Assembly: GCF_030684315.1 (NCBI RefSeq) | Contig: NC_081354.1 | Coordinates: 27,336,226 to 27,400,225 of the forward strand | DNA length: 64,000 nucleotides | Reading direction: 5' to 3' | Source of the DNA: Stegostoma tigrinum | Taxonomy: Eukaryota | The notes under the pieces: generated by a model | Told to the model about the DNA's origin: nothing | Databases searched by the model: none | Seen by the model: the letters and a program-made list of their open reading frames with translations, nothing else | In this document: positions 50,976-63,592 of the stretch, piece by piece | Layout of the letters: the number at the start of each line of letters is the position of its first letter | Numbering within the stretch: the first letter of the stretch is position 1 | Position numbers and translations under genes: made by a program

Positions 50976-52663
50976 AACATAGGAAAGGTTCAGAGGGATA
51001 TGGGCCCAAACAGGTAAACGGGACTAATTCAGTTTAGGCAATCTGGTTGGCATGGATGAGTTGGGCCAAAGGGCTTTGTTTCAATGCTATATGACTCTAG
51101 GTTAGGCCAGCACATTTCTTTCCCTAAAAACATAAGTGAACCAAATTAATTTTCTTTTAATGACAATCATTAGACTTTTCATTCCAGATTTTTAAATTCA
51201 AATTCCACAATCTGCTGCAGTAACCAATCCTTAGAGTATTACCTGGGTCCCTGGATTACTAGTCCAACAACAATACCAATTTTAGAGTCTCCTAGAAGTT
51301 TCAGCTTTTTATTGTTTGTAAAATGAAGGCAGCCGGAAGTATTGCAAGTTTGTTGGCATTGAGTTAGTTGTCATGGTAAGCAGTATAAATGGGAGAGAAA
51401 GTTGCAATGTGACGTTGGTAGATTGTGGTTGTCAAAACTTTAGATGTGGAATTTAATATATAGAAACATGAAGTCATCCAGTTTGAACCTAAGAAATTTG
51501 AATCCGGGTATTCTAAATGATGAAAAGCTATAAACTGTGGAAGAGTAAAAAAATTTTTGGTGTCCCTATGCATAAATCATTTAAGCTGCTGGACAAGCCC
51601 AAAATTTGACTCTAAATGTGGTGTTAACTTTTTATCTTGCGGAAGTTGAATCCAATAGGAGAGAAACTGTGTTAGAGTTATGCCTAGTTTTAGTTAGATT
51701 CCACCTGCAGTACTGAGTTTACTTCTGGTTTTACACCTTAGGAGCAATGCACTAGTCTTGGAGTAGTAGAGCCCAGATTTGCTAGAATAATACAGGGCTG
51801 TGTATGGATACTTGACGTTCTCTTTGAAAAGTCTCTATGACATCTAATGATTTCTGTGGTAAGAATGTTAACCTACAATTGTTTGTAGCATTTACTAAGG
51901 ATTCTCAGCATCAAAGCTGCAGTGATGTCATCAAATGGTCCAAGCAACCAGTTATACTGAAGGTTTCTTGCAGACAGCCAAGCAGGAAATTACAGCTAAA
52001 ATCAAATCTCTTTTGAAAGATTTTTACTGAATAGAAAAATTTGGTCTACACTTGAAATATGAAGACAGAAGCTGAAATATAAAATAACTTCCTTTTTTAA
52101 TTGTTTTGAAACACTAACTTTAGAAAGACCTGAAGATAAATCAGAAAAGCATTCGGTTGTGAGAAGCTAGAAATAACCTCAACATTTAGCAGGGTTCCAC
52201 ATATTTTTCATAGCCAGGTTGTTCAACCGTACTTACTACTCATCACTGTTAAAATCCTAGTTACAACTCGCTGAACAAAGCTTAACTTCTTTGAGAAGAA
52301 GAGAGCAGGCAGGTTTTTCAGGTCAATTGATTTCACTGTTGCCAATTATTTTGGGCATAGGCTGGGAGGGCTTATTGCATAGCCTCCAACAGTAGGGAAT
52401 GACAGAGTGCAACTTTAGTGTTTCCATTGTTACTGCACTTGTGATTAATCCTGACATTGCGGTCAGGTTCACAGATGAAAAGTGAATTTGCCATCAAAAG
52501 CTCTACAAATTCAATCTTACTATCAAAAATACCAGTGCAACTGATTTGTTTCTCCTTGAATTCCTTTGTGAAATTAGTAGGAGCACTGAGACACAGTCTT
52601 GTGTTAAAAGCATTTTAAAAAGGCTAACAAATTCCTTTTATGGATGTGTTTTTATTTTTGTAG

Positions 52664-52793
52664 CTTCAAGTTAAATTTACAGATTTGCTTGCTTCAAGTC
52701 TCTGGCTTTAAAAAACTTTTCGCTGATGTAGAATACCTACGGAAGCAACCATTTGACTCTTCAAACAAGCAACATGAAGATCTGCTATTAAAG
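52664..52793 (+). CDS. ELMOD2: ELMOD2 coding exon 4 (130 nt)
   Basis: FKLNLQICLLQVSGFKKLFADVEYLRKQPFDSSNKQHEDLLLK; tag acceptor and AAG|gtatg donor. Confidence 0.95.
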
Positions 52794-53591
52794 GTATGTT
52801 TATTGAATTTTCAATCTTACTGTTTACTCAGGCAACCTTGCCTTACTGTACTGTAATACTTAAAAATTTATTTTGGGAAGATAAATGGCATTGATCTTTT
52901 AAGAGGATTTTCAATGGAGAACTTGCAGTGTTTGTCATAACCCCTTGAGTCTCTCAACAACTTTTGGGGGTTAACGGAAGAATCTTGAAGTGGTCTGTCA
53001 TTGTGAATTACCGACTTCTCTCCATTGTTGCTGATTAAAAGCAAAATGTAACAGTGATTGTGAGGGAACCATTTTGTGTGTAAAGATAACATTGTGCGCA
53101 TTGAAATTATTTCAATGGGGAAAAAGTGAAAGGTGGAATCATTACCCAAAACGTTTAGTAGTTACTAATATTAAGCACTCTATTTGAAACCTGTTTCGTG
53201 AAGCATGGCTCACTTACTTTGGGAATATATTCTTAAAAGTACATGTCATTTATATTTTCACAATTTTTTTTCCTGTACCCGTGAGTATGAAGTAACTTGA
53301 CTTCCTTTTGGATGAAAAGTGGCAATTTGCTTTTCTTTAAAAAAAAACCCAGATGTTAACAAGTTGAACAAAACGTGCTGTGCCTGAGGTGGTTGAACAA
53401 ATATGTCTCTCTTGAACTGTTCTGTTGTCATCCATAACTAATCAACTATAAAACAGAAGCTAATCTATTTAAACCCTTCCATTTTTCCTTTTTAATAATT
53501 GCAGTTTGTGTGAAGGACTGTTCCAGTTATACTTTCATTGTTTAGTGTATCGTCTCATTTGCTATTTGTTTATTTCTTTCATAATTTTTAG

Positions 53592-53725
53592 TTGTGGCAG
53601 TTGATGATGCCCAATGTAAACTTGGAGTCAAGAATCACCAAACAGTGGGGTGACATTGGGTTCCAAGGTGATGATCCTAAAACTGACTTCAGAGGCATGG
53701 GAATGCTGGGGTTACACAACCTAGT
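53592..53725 (+). CDS. ELMOD2: ELMOD2 coding exon 5 (134 nt), ELMO-domain GAP motif
   Basis: LWQLMMPNVNLESRITKQWGDIGFQGDDPKTDFRGMGMLGLHNL contains the conserved WxxxGFQxxxPxTDFRGxG motif with the catalytic Arg; canonical splice sites. Confidence 0.97.
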
Positions 53726-54645
53726 GTAAGTCTTTGTATAGGATATAAATAGCACTTTTTTTTTTCTCCCCCAAAAAACACCACAGGTTAAGTAATCCCT
53801 TCCATCTTAGCATGTTGTTCTGTGATTTTGTGTTCTATGTATTGAAAAGATTAGTTTGCAAAGTAGATTTTGCAACTCTGTGTACAGGAGGACCGATATC
53901 AGTCTATCCGCTCCAGCAGCCACCTGATCACTGATTTTGTTTATTTTAAGTTATGCCTTAGAATCATTTCTGTTTAAAACCCTCAATTTTTCTGTAATTT
54001 AGACAGTCATTATTGTCACAATGCTAACCTCTTGAATACAACAAGAATTAAGACTGTGTGGGTGGGGCTAAAATGTGGATATGATACTGGCTTTCCCATT
54101 GGTCCTGCAATTCTACTGACTCCTGTTTTAATTCTGGGATTTTGGAAGGTGTGATACCTGCACCACAAGAAGACAGACATTGTTAAATTATGGTATGTGA
54201 TTCTAAAATATTACTGCTTTTTGAGTTAGTTGATATGTAAGTTTACAGCACACTTATTGATCTTCTGCTAAAACTTTTTTTGTTGGAGAAGTACTTCAAC
54301 TCAAACTTGCCCTGAATTTACAGAGATATCCTTTGTTATAAAGGTAGATGCTTTCTTCCTGAGATGCAAGGGGTAGAATTTTTATTTCAGAGAATTATTC
54401 ATCCTCCTGCTTGGCCATTCTTAAAATGTCTGCTACATTCATTGCACTTCGTAAATGTGGGAAAGCCAAATTTCATGTGATTTGTTCTGATGTCAAAAAT
54501 AGTTTACAGTGGGATTTCTCCGTGTGCTAACTCTTCTGACGTACAAGGTGCTGTGTCATAGAAGGAAGAAATACGAAGCTCAAATATTGATTCTTAATGG
54601 CAGGTGTGATTTTTATTTTTTAACTTGTGTCATTAAACTGTTTAG

Positions 54646-54714
54646 GTTCTTTGGGGAGCATTACACCAAAATAGCTCGCCAGACTCTTTCGCATTCAAAT
54701 CATCCCAAAATTGG
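54646..54714 (+). CDS. ELMOD2: ELMOD2 coding exon 6 (69 nt)
   Basis: FFGEHYTKIARQTLSHSNHPKIG; ttag| acceptor and |gtaagt donor. Confidence 0.95.
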
Positions 54715-56193
54715 GTAAGTGAAAGCATGTAGTTTTTATGCCATGTCGTTCATTTTACAAGGAAAAGCCTACCAAAAATGTGTTAACATGATTTAAGCGT
54801 GATAGCACCTTTTTGACACCTGTTTGAAATCTCATTTCAAATTAATATGGAAATTCTGTCTGAGCAAAATCTAAAGTGAAAACTAGCAGCATTGACTACT
54901 TGCAGAATTTTAAGTGAACGAATGCTTTTGGAAGAAATTGCACTAACACCCTAATTTTTACAATGGAAATAATTTTTATGAAATGTTCTTGGTATGTTCA
55001 TAAGTGAGAGCCAGGCTGGACACTACCGCCCAGATCTAAAGGTCTCTGTAATGTCAATATAATCACTCGGTGTCTGGGACCCTGTGAAAATTGCCCCAAC
55101 TGTAATTGGAGTCAGAAACTTTAAAGGGTTTCACTTTAAATTAGAAGAATTAAAACCTGTTCCTATTCTTGGCTAACTATGAAAATGAGCCCCCTGACCT
55201 ACCACAGAGTTTTCCCCTTGATCACTTTCCTCGATCTTCCTTGAACACCAGACTTGCCTCCCCATCGCTGAACACCTGACAGCTCACCCTTCACATCAAA
55301 TGCCTGACCATTCATGACATGTGACCCATCTACTCTATCACCCACTTACTTAACATGCTGCCTCTAATCCCACAAGTAGCAGTGGGCCCACTAGACCCCT
55401 GCCCACCATTACGTTTTCTCCTTAATAGTAAAAGTGGCTTTGGGACCTTCAAAACTTTGGAATATGAGCCATTATTGCCATTAAAAGTGACATTTCTGTG
55501 CCAGTTAACTCCAAGGCTACCTCAGTAGTTTACTAGACTATTTGTTGAAATGGATCCTGAGAAGCTAAGAGGATAACATTTTGTCCAGTGTGGTTTAGAA
55601 TTCTGGGTTCTGATTCAGATCAGAATACTTGGTTCCATGCTTTTGAAGAAAGAAATTTACTTGTAAACCTGCTAGGATAAAGTCATGTTATCTAGCTTTA
55701 TTCTGATTTAATTGTTTAGTTCCATAAACCACAAAAGCAATTCAACCTGTTTTGCTCGAACTCAAGATAATTTAAAGTCAAGTTTGTTATCAGACAGCGT
55801 GTAAACAGAGCTACTCAGCTTTGATACAAGGACTCTCTTTCTTTTTTCGAAAAAGAACAGGAAATGTACTAATGAAATAAGATTAAAAATCTCCTTTTTA
55901 TAACCTAAAAGAAAACCAAAAAGACTGAAGTGGTCAGCAGTTCAGCAGCCACATGTGGGTAGAGAAGCAAAGTTAAAGGGCTCAGGGTGATCACTTTCCA
56001 TCAGAGCATCAAAGATCTTTTAGCAGTTAGTGTTATTTAGTCTAATTATATGCCGAAATGATTTGTATTGTTGCATATCGCACTGTCAGTAAATGTTGAA
56101 AATTAAGAATATTTTTCTTTTGCAAGCTTTAGAAAATAGTACAGATATTTAAATTGATTTGACAGCTAAAGCTGTGATATTTTGTGGTTCCAG

Positions 56194-56327
56194 ATATTCC
56201 TATGCTATAGTTGGAATAAACCTTACTGAAATGGCTTACAGTATGATGAAGAGTGGCTTACTAAAGAGTCATTTTTATAACCTCGTTCCTGGAGTTCCAC
56301 AGTTGCAACATTTTCATCAGTTTTATT
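56194..56327 (+). CDS. ELMOD2: ELMOD2 coding exon 7 (134 nt)
   Basis: YSYAIVGINLTEMAYSMMKSGLLKSHFYNLVPGVPQLQHFHQFY; cag| acceptor and |gtaagt donor. Confidence 0.97.
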
Positions 56328-58706
56328 GTAAGTACTTTAAACTGTAGAGGGTAACAGTCTAATGCTTATTTCTCACCAGAATATGTTTTGTTTGCAGTGA
56401 TACTGTGATTAATATCTGTGACAATAATGTTGCATGTCCAATTGGGTGTGAACTATTGGAAATGTAATAATACCCTATTAATTTAATGCTATAAAAGTAG
56501 TTAATTTTTAGCAATTGTAATGTATCTGACAGGTAAAGCATAAGTAATGTAATGTGTCATGACTGACTGTTGAGACCTGTCTCTGTCCATATAATGTATC
56601 TGACTACAGCACTTCACTTTCAGACTCTCGGAATATTTGTGCTTCCCAATTCTCTGTAATTTACACGTTCTGACCCTATGTCATTATATTCAGCTTATAC
56701 ACCTGAGGTTAGACTTATAGCCTCTCTCCATTAGCAAAATAGTTAACTGACCAATCTGGATCATTCTTAAAATCACATTGCTGAGATCGATAATTTACTG
56801 CATGGAGATTGCAAACTGAAATCCTAGTAAAGACAATGAATGCAATAGACATAATTGCCATCATACATTTTTCAGGTTTTTGATTCTTATTTTTGACCAC
56901 TCTTAGGAGACTAAATTTGAAGAAAGTTCAATGTACAGATTCTGTTCTTTCTTTCTATTTTCTTGAGAAATGCAGCATTTTACATGGTTATTTTACCAGC
57001 TGTGATTGAAAATGTCTTTTGGTGGCTCATGTGGCTCACATTTTACATGAAGTTGTTTTATGTCAAAATGCGGATTTGCTTGACTAAACTTGGATAGTTT
57101 GTACATAATGTATGCCTTATCATTTTTTTAGAATCTGTTATTGCAATAAGTTGATGGGTTGCTGTTGGTAATGTTACTGGACGTGTAATCCAGAGGTTCA
57201 GCCAATGCTTTGAAGACACCAATTTAAACCGCATTACAGCAATGAGGCCAATTTGAATTCAATTTAATTTGTTTAAAAAATCTGGAATAAAATACTAATT
57301 TAATCAAGAAATTACCAGATTTAAAAACCCATCCGAATCATGGAAGTCTGAGAGGAGGAAATTTCCCATTAATAAGCAGTCACATGTGACTCTAGATACA
57401 CAGCAACAATCATTTGAAAAGGCATAACAAGCCATTCAACTATACCAATCTGCAAAAAAAAGCAAAGCATCTTGCATATATCTACACCACATGGACTGCA
57501 GCATTTCATGAAAGTGGTTCATTTTTACGTTATCGAGGGCAGGTAGGAATAAGCAAAAAAATTTGGTCTTTTCTGTGATGAACACACTTCAAGAAGTAAA
57601 GGAAAACTCCTCTCTAAGGTCTAGGTGTGTTTTATGTTGAAGGATTTACCTTCAGCTCAAATGCCATTCTTTGATTTGTTTATTATCGCTAAAGTTGGCA
57701 TATTTTAGCTTCAAAAAAACAGCAGAAGTATTGTGTGTATTACAGAATACTCACTAACTTTAGCTTTGTCGTAAATGAGTTTTTTTCTCTGCTGATTTTA
57801 GTTTTCTATCATTTTAGCTGTGGTGACTATTGCTGTTGATTTACTGGATTTTTAAAAAATCTATTGTATAACATCTGCAGCATTTGGTAGCGGTTAATGC
57901 ATTCTTAACTTAAATTCATGGGCAGTTTTGTTTTACATCTATTTCTTATATTTAAAATAGATGTAAGTTAATTCTTTCAGAATATTATTCTAATATGATT
58001 GCAACTATTTTGATCTATTAGATCAAAGATTACTGTATATGTGGTTTGATTTATCCACATTCCAAAAATTATACCAAACCTTTTAGTGATTTAAAATATT
58101 GTTTACTCATCATATTTTACAGTATGTCAGTATGTGGTGCCTAGAGACATGTTATTACATCATAAGCATGTATAAATGCAAAATGTGCTATACCACAGTG
58201 GTGAGATATGGGTGTTAAGAGTCTGGAACACGTAGCCAGATGCGTCGTTGGAGACAGATCTGAAAAGGGGTGTCTAAGGCACTTTTTAGACAATCACATG
58301 AATATGCAAGGAATGGAGGGATAGGAACGAAGGGCAGGCAGAAGTGATTAGTTTAATTTGGCCCCATATTCAACACAATAGTGTGGGCTGAAAAGCCTCT
58401 ACCTGTGCTGTGTAGTACTGTCAGGTGTTGAAGTAATCTGATAGCTGGAGAACAATTGAGCTACACACGCGCACGCACATGCACACATATTTTCTGAACT
58501 TGTAATTTACTTATTTCCAATGCTGAGTGCATATTACCAGACCAAAACAGGATTGTACATATTTATGGGCAGATCACTATGGATGAGTGGTTAGAAATGT
58601 AAGTGAAACTGTAGTGTTCTGTGTTTTAGTTAGTGTACAGAATGGAAAAGAAGCATTAAGTAAATGCAGTCAGTTTTTGTGAACAATAGTTTCTATCTTG
58701 TTTTAG

Positions 58707-58858
58707 GTTACCTAATGTATGAGTTTGATCAATTCTGGTTCAAGGAGGAACCATCCAGCATCATGGAATTCAACCATTACAGAGAGCAATTTCATGAGAA
58801 GGTGAAACGGCTTTTACAAGATTCAAAAACATCGCTTACCTTGAACTTCAAAACATAG
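58707..58858 (+). CDS. ELMOD2: ELMOD2 last coding exon
   Basis: CYLMYEFDQFWFKEEPSSIMEFNHYREQFHEKVK...NFKT-stop. The eight exons sum to 891 nt (296 aa plus stop) in frame. Confidence 0.96.
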
Positions 58859-59618
58859 ACAGTAATTTGCAATAAGCCTGTGAGGTAACACTTGGAATTA
58901 ATTGCAAGATATGAGCTTATGCTGTGGATCTTTGATTTTTGAATAGATTTTTAACTTGTAAATAGGAACTGATTAAAAACATTGTGACTGAAATTCAGGA
59001 TGGATCCACTTTCACTATAAATGTGTCATCAGATTTGTTTCTGGCTGCCTGGTGTTTGGCATAAATATGGATAATTTATTTAGTGACATCCACAAAGCAG
59101 TAATTGAAATGGTGCTTCATTATGGAAGGAACTATTCAAAGTGTATATAAATTCAAATTAAAGAGATTTTCAATATTCCCTTTGGAGCACAGCAAGTAGC
59201 ATGAGTTTATTCCTTTAACATTTTTAATTGTACCTTGTTATTGCTGCTGCTCATACATGCAGTTTCATAAACACATCATGTTCAAAGCAGCACTCTAGCT
59301 TTTAGATTACTGAAGATAAACAGCAAATGGGGTTCTTTGAGAGCAATTACAACACTGTAATCTCCCCAGTTGTCAGAACAGGGCTTGGGTGGCTTAGCTA
59401 CTTCTGAACTTTGTGATTGCTGTTATGTCTACTATGACAAAGTACATCCTGAAGTTGGAGGATGCCAAGTGGCAAAAGGAATTCATCAAGGTTTTTTTTA
59501 AATAAAAGCAAAAGACTTGCAGGTACTTGAGATCTTAAATAAAAGTAGTAAGTGCTAGTGAAACTCTTAACAGGTCTGCTAGTGTCTATGTTACAAGAAA
59601 CAAACTTTAAATATTTTG

Positions 59619-60803
59619 AGATAATAAAATGTGAGGCTGGATGAACACAGCAGGCCAAGCAGCATCTCAGGAGCACAAAAGCTGACGTTTCGGGCCTAGA
59701 CCCTTCATCAGAGAGGGGGATGGGGGGAGGGAACTGGAATAAATAGGGAGAGAGGGGGAGGCGGACCGAAGATGGAGAGCAAAGAAGATAGGTGGAGAGG
59801 GTGTAGGTGGGGAGGTAGGGAGGGGATAGGTCAGTCCAGGGAAGACGGACAGGTCAAGGAGGTGGGATGAGGTTAGTAGGTAGCTGGGGGTGCGGCTGGG
59901 GGTGGGAGGAAGGGATGGGTGAGAGGAAGAACCGGTTAGGGAGGCAGAGACAGGTTGGACTGGTTTTGGGATGCAGTGGGTGGGGGGGAAGAGCTGGGCT
60001 GGTTGTGTGGTGCAGTGGGGGGAGGGGATGAACTGGGCTGGTTTAGGGATGCAGTGGGGGAAGGGGAGATTTTGAAACTGGTGAAGTCCACATTGATACC
60101 ATATGGCTGCAGGGTTCCCAGGCGGAATATGAGTTGCTGTTCCTGCAACCTTCGGGTGGCATCATTGTGGCAGTGCAGGAGGCCCATGATGGACATGTCC
60201 ATCATGGGCCTCCTGCACTGCCACAATGATGCCACCCGAAGGTTGCAGGAACAGCAACTCATATTCCGCCTGGGAACCCTGCAGCCATATGGTATCAATG
60301 TGGACTTCACCAGTTTCAAAATCTCCCCTTCCCCCACTGCATCCCTAAACCAGCCCAGTTCATCCCCTCCCCCCACTGCACCACACAACCAGCCCAGCTC
60401 TTCCCCCCCACCCACTGCATCCCAAAACCAGTCCAACCTGTCTCTGCCTCCCTAACCGGTTCTTCCTCTCACCCATCCCTTCCTCCCACCCCCAGCCGCA
60501 CCCCCAGCTACCTACTAACCTCATCCCACCTCCTTGACCTGTCCGTCTTCCCTGGACTGACCTATCCCCTCCCTACCTCCCCACCTACACCCTCTCCACC
60601 TATCTTCTTTGCTCTCCATCTTCGGTCCGCCTCCCCCTCTCTCCCTATTTATTCCAGTTCCCTCCCCCCATCCCCCTCTCTGATGAAGGGTCTAGGCCCG
60701 AAACGTCAGCTTTTGTGCTCCTGAGATGCTGCTTGGCCTGCTGTGTTCATCCAGCCTCACATTTTATTATCTTGGAATCTCCAGCATCTGCAGTTCCCAT
60801 TAT
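59619..60803. mobile_element. Palindromic PLE insertion (1154-bp palindrome plus 31-nt tail)
   Basis: Identical ORFs on both strands (59936-60436 minus, 59955-60455 plus); symmetry axis at 60195/60196; 16-bp TSD ctttaaatattttgag (59605-59620, 60804-60819). Confidence 0.93.
60680..60707 (+). ncRNA. Minimal type I hammerhead-ribozyme-like motif in the PLE pseudo-LTR; identical copies at 8648-8675 (+), 7471-7498 (-) and 59684-59711 (-)
   Basis: CTGATGA-A-GGGTCTAGGCCC-GAAAC-GTC: both conserved core boxes, a GGGU/GCCC stem II and a GUC cleavage triplet. Stem III is loop-less (palindromic ACGU) and stem I is only about 2 bp. Confidence 0.6.
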
Positions 60804-62899
60804 CTTTAAATATTTTGAGTCCAGTGAGACTCTTCAAGAGTTTCAAAGTCACATTGTACTCAACGTTAACTGTTTTGCTTTTCACAAATGCTGCCAGACC
60901 TGCTGAGTTTCACCAGCACTTACTGTTTTTAAACCAATAGGATGTTCATGTATTTACTAGCGGAGGATTAACTTCTGTGTGGTGTAAAATTAAATTTTCC
61001 AGTCTTAATCTGTTTCATTCTGACTATAGTAAATGCCAAAAAGTTCTAAAGTAACAATTAATGTATTTTCACAAAAACCTCGTATTATGAAACAAATAAT
61101 TCTAAATTTAATTTTTTGTGATAAGTCACGGGATAATCTACTCAAAGAACAACGTAGTCTGTCAATTTCGTGAAATTTTGTTTAATGAGTTCAAGTTATT
61201 GACAATCTTGCAGGTACAATTAAACTGAGCACCTCTTGAGGTACGTACTTTTAATCTTAGTGATTTTGTTAAATTGTGTGATGTGTAAACTAGCTGTTGC
61301 CACCAAGTGCATTGTAATGTATCACGTGGTTATATTTCATAGTGAAAAATTAACTACCAAAAAGTTAGTTAATAGATTATTGAAAAATTTCAAAATTAAT
61401 GTTATGGTCACTACAGTATTTGAAGAGGCATAAGGAAAAATGAGCCTCCTCTCACTCAGGAAAGCAAAGGAAGTGTTTTTCCATGCACCATTCCAGCTTT
61501 TTATTGATGATCCCTTATTGATGAGTAACAGTGAAAAGTTTTTTGTATTTATTACTGATTATTCTGGATAAAACGTTTGTAGCTGAAAGTTGCTAAATTT
61601 ATTGGATGAAATGCTCTTTTCCAGAAAGGTATGCTATGATGTTTGAAGTTTATATAGATTTCTACTGGTTGGCTTTCCATTTAAGAATGGGGTAGAGAGG
61701 GGTTGGTGGGGTGGTGGGGGAGATGAAGCTTTATTTTATGAATTTTTGCTGAAATAAATAGTTCAAAACTGAAACAATTAAACGCATCAATGTATTTTTA
61801 ACTCAGTTGGGATTTTTGGGAGGTCAACTGGGTATTTATCTAATCTTTAAGTCTGTATGTCTGCACAGAGGAATGTTGCTGCATTAAATATTAAATACCA
61901 TTGATGTGAAATCAATTTTGCACCAATTACTGACTCCAGAAGAAGTGTTTCATAGAAAGCATGCTGTGATCCATGAACATTCCCATAATTTCTCTCCATT
62001 CTCTGCTGCTTGCCAATATTTTGGAAAGAGGGAAATTTTTCGGATTTCAGAATCCACCACATCTCCTTCCTACGTTTGAACCATATTTACATTTGAAGGA
62101 ATTAATAGAGACTGTGTCTGTTAGAGAATGGCCACTGATCTATTGACTGAAGTTCAGGTGGTCAGATCAAGCTGCTATTTCTTGTGAATTTTTAGGGAGA
62201 GCAGGAATGCCTAAAGGCTGTTTTGATATACCGAATCAATTTGGTGCAGCATGTGGCTGATATTACTGCTACTGCAGATACATTGGGCAGAATTTTACTA
62301 AACATTTAACTGCATCAATGGCAGGATTTTTCACATGTTTTCTCTCCATATGTTATCTCAAGCAATTTTACTCTACTCACTTCCTATGTATGCACTGTGC
62401 TATATGGTAGTCTGCTTATGCTATAATATACTTAGCAGTGGTGGAAGTACTTGCCGCTGCTGGCACCATCTCTGCTGGTGCTATGTTTAAAACCCCAGCT
62501 GTGCAACAGGGCAATCACATTGGCCATGAAAAGGCCTTCATGCTACACATAATGGGAGGGAAACATGAAAATAAGCTTCTGAGAGCATGTGGATTATACA
62601 GAAGATAATTTGTTTGAAATGCAAGCTACGTCATCTGACAGTTAATTTCACCACAGCTACAAGAACCAAGCTATACAGCTAACTGTCTGTAGTGCTATAT
62701 TATGTTAGAAACAATTAGGGGGTTGCTACTTGTTTCCTAATGCCTGATCAATGTGGGACAGTCACATGCTGGAAACGTGAAATGGTTCAAAGTGTTTGCT
62801 TTTGCAGTTGTGCAAAAAAGTTAAGGAAAATTACAAATAGCTGTACTTGCTTCCAGGAGCAAGCAAGCAAGTTAGTTTAAAGCACCAAAACATTTACTA

Positions 62900-63592
62900 G
62901 TCATAGAGTTGTACAGCACACAAATAGACCTTTTCAGTTCAACTTGTCCATACTGACCAGATATCTTAAATATAGTCCAATTTACCAGCATCTGGCCCAT
63001 ATCCCTTTAAACCCTTGCTATTCATCTACCCATCCAGATGCTTTTTAAATGTTATTGTACCTACCTCTGATTCCACCTCCAAGGAACTATGAACCTTAAC
63101 CCCAAGATCCCTTTACTCAACAACTCTATCCAGGGCCCTCCCATTAAGTATATAAGTCATGCCCTCATTTGCCTTACAAAAATGCAACACCCCACACTTA
63201 CCAAAATTAAACTCCATTTGCCTCTCCTTGGCCCATTCGATCAGGGTTCTGTTGAGTTCTGAAGATAACCTTCTTTGCTGTCCAACACACACCATTTTTT
63301 TTTGGGCTGGGGCAGTGGTGGGAGAATTGTCATCTGCAAACTTACTAACAGTTCCTTCTATATTCCAATCCAAATCTTTTATGACAAAAAGCAACAGACC
63401 CAGCACTGATCTTTGTGGTACAAAGGTCACTAGTCAGAAAAACAACCTTCCACCACCACCACTGTCTGTTTCCTGTCTTCAAGTCAATTTTATATCCAAA
63501 TGGCTAGGTCTCCCTGAATTCCTTGTGATCTAACTTTGTGAACCAGTCTACCATGCAGAAACTTGTGGAGTGCCTTGCTGAAGTCCATACAG
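62900..63592 (-). mobile_element. CR1 LINE fragments
   Basis: VPQRSVLGLLLF, SKFADD, WAKERQMEFNFGKCGVLHF; CR1 3' UTR at about 62900-63060. Confidence 0.85.

Noticed and set aside
59936-60455. Two identical 166-aa ORFs on opposite strands as a novel gene pair
   Set aside because: They are a geometric consequence of the DNA palindrome; half of the peptide is antisense PLE sequence and half is the GIY-YIG C-terminus.
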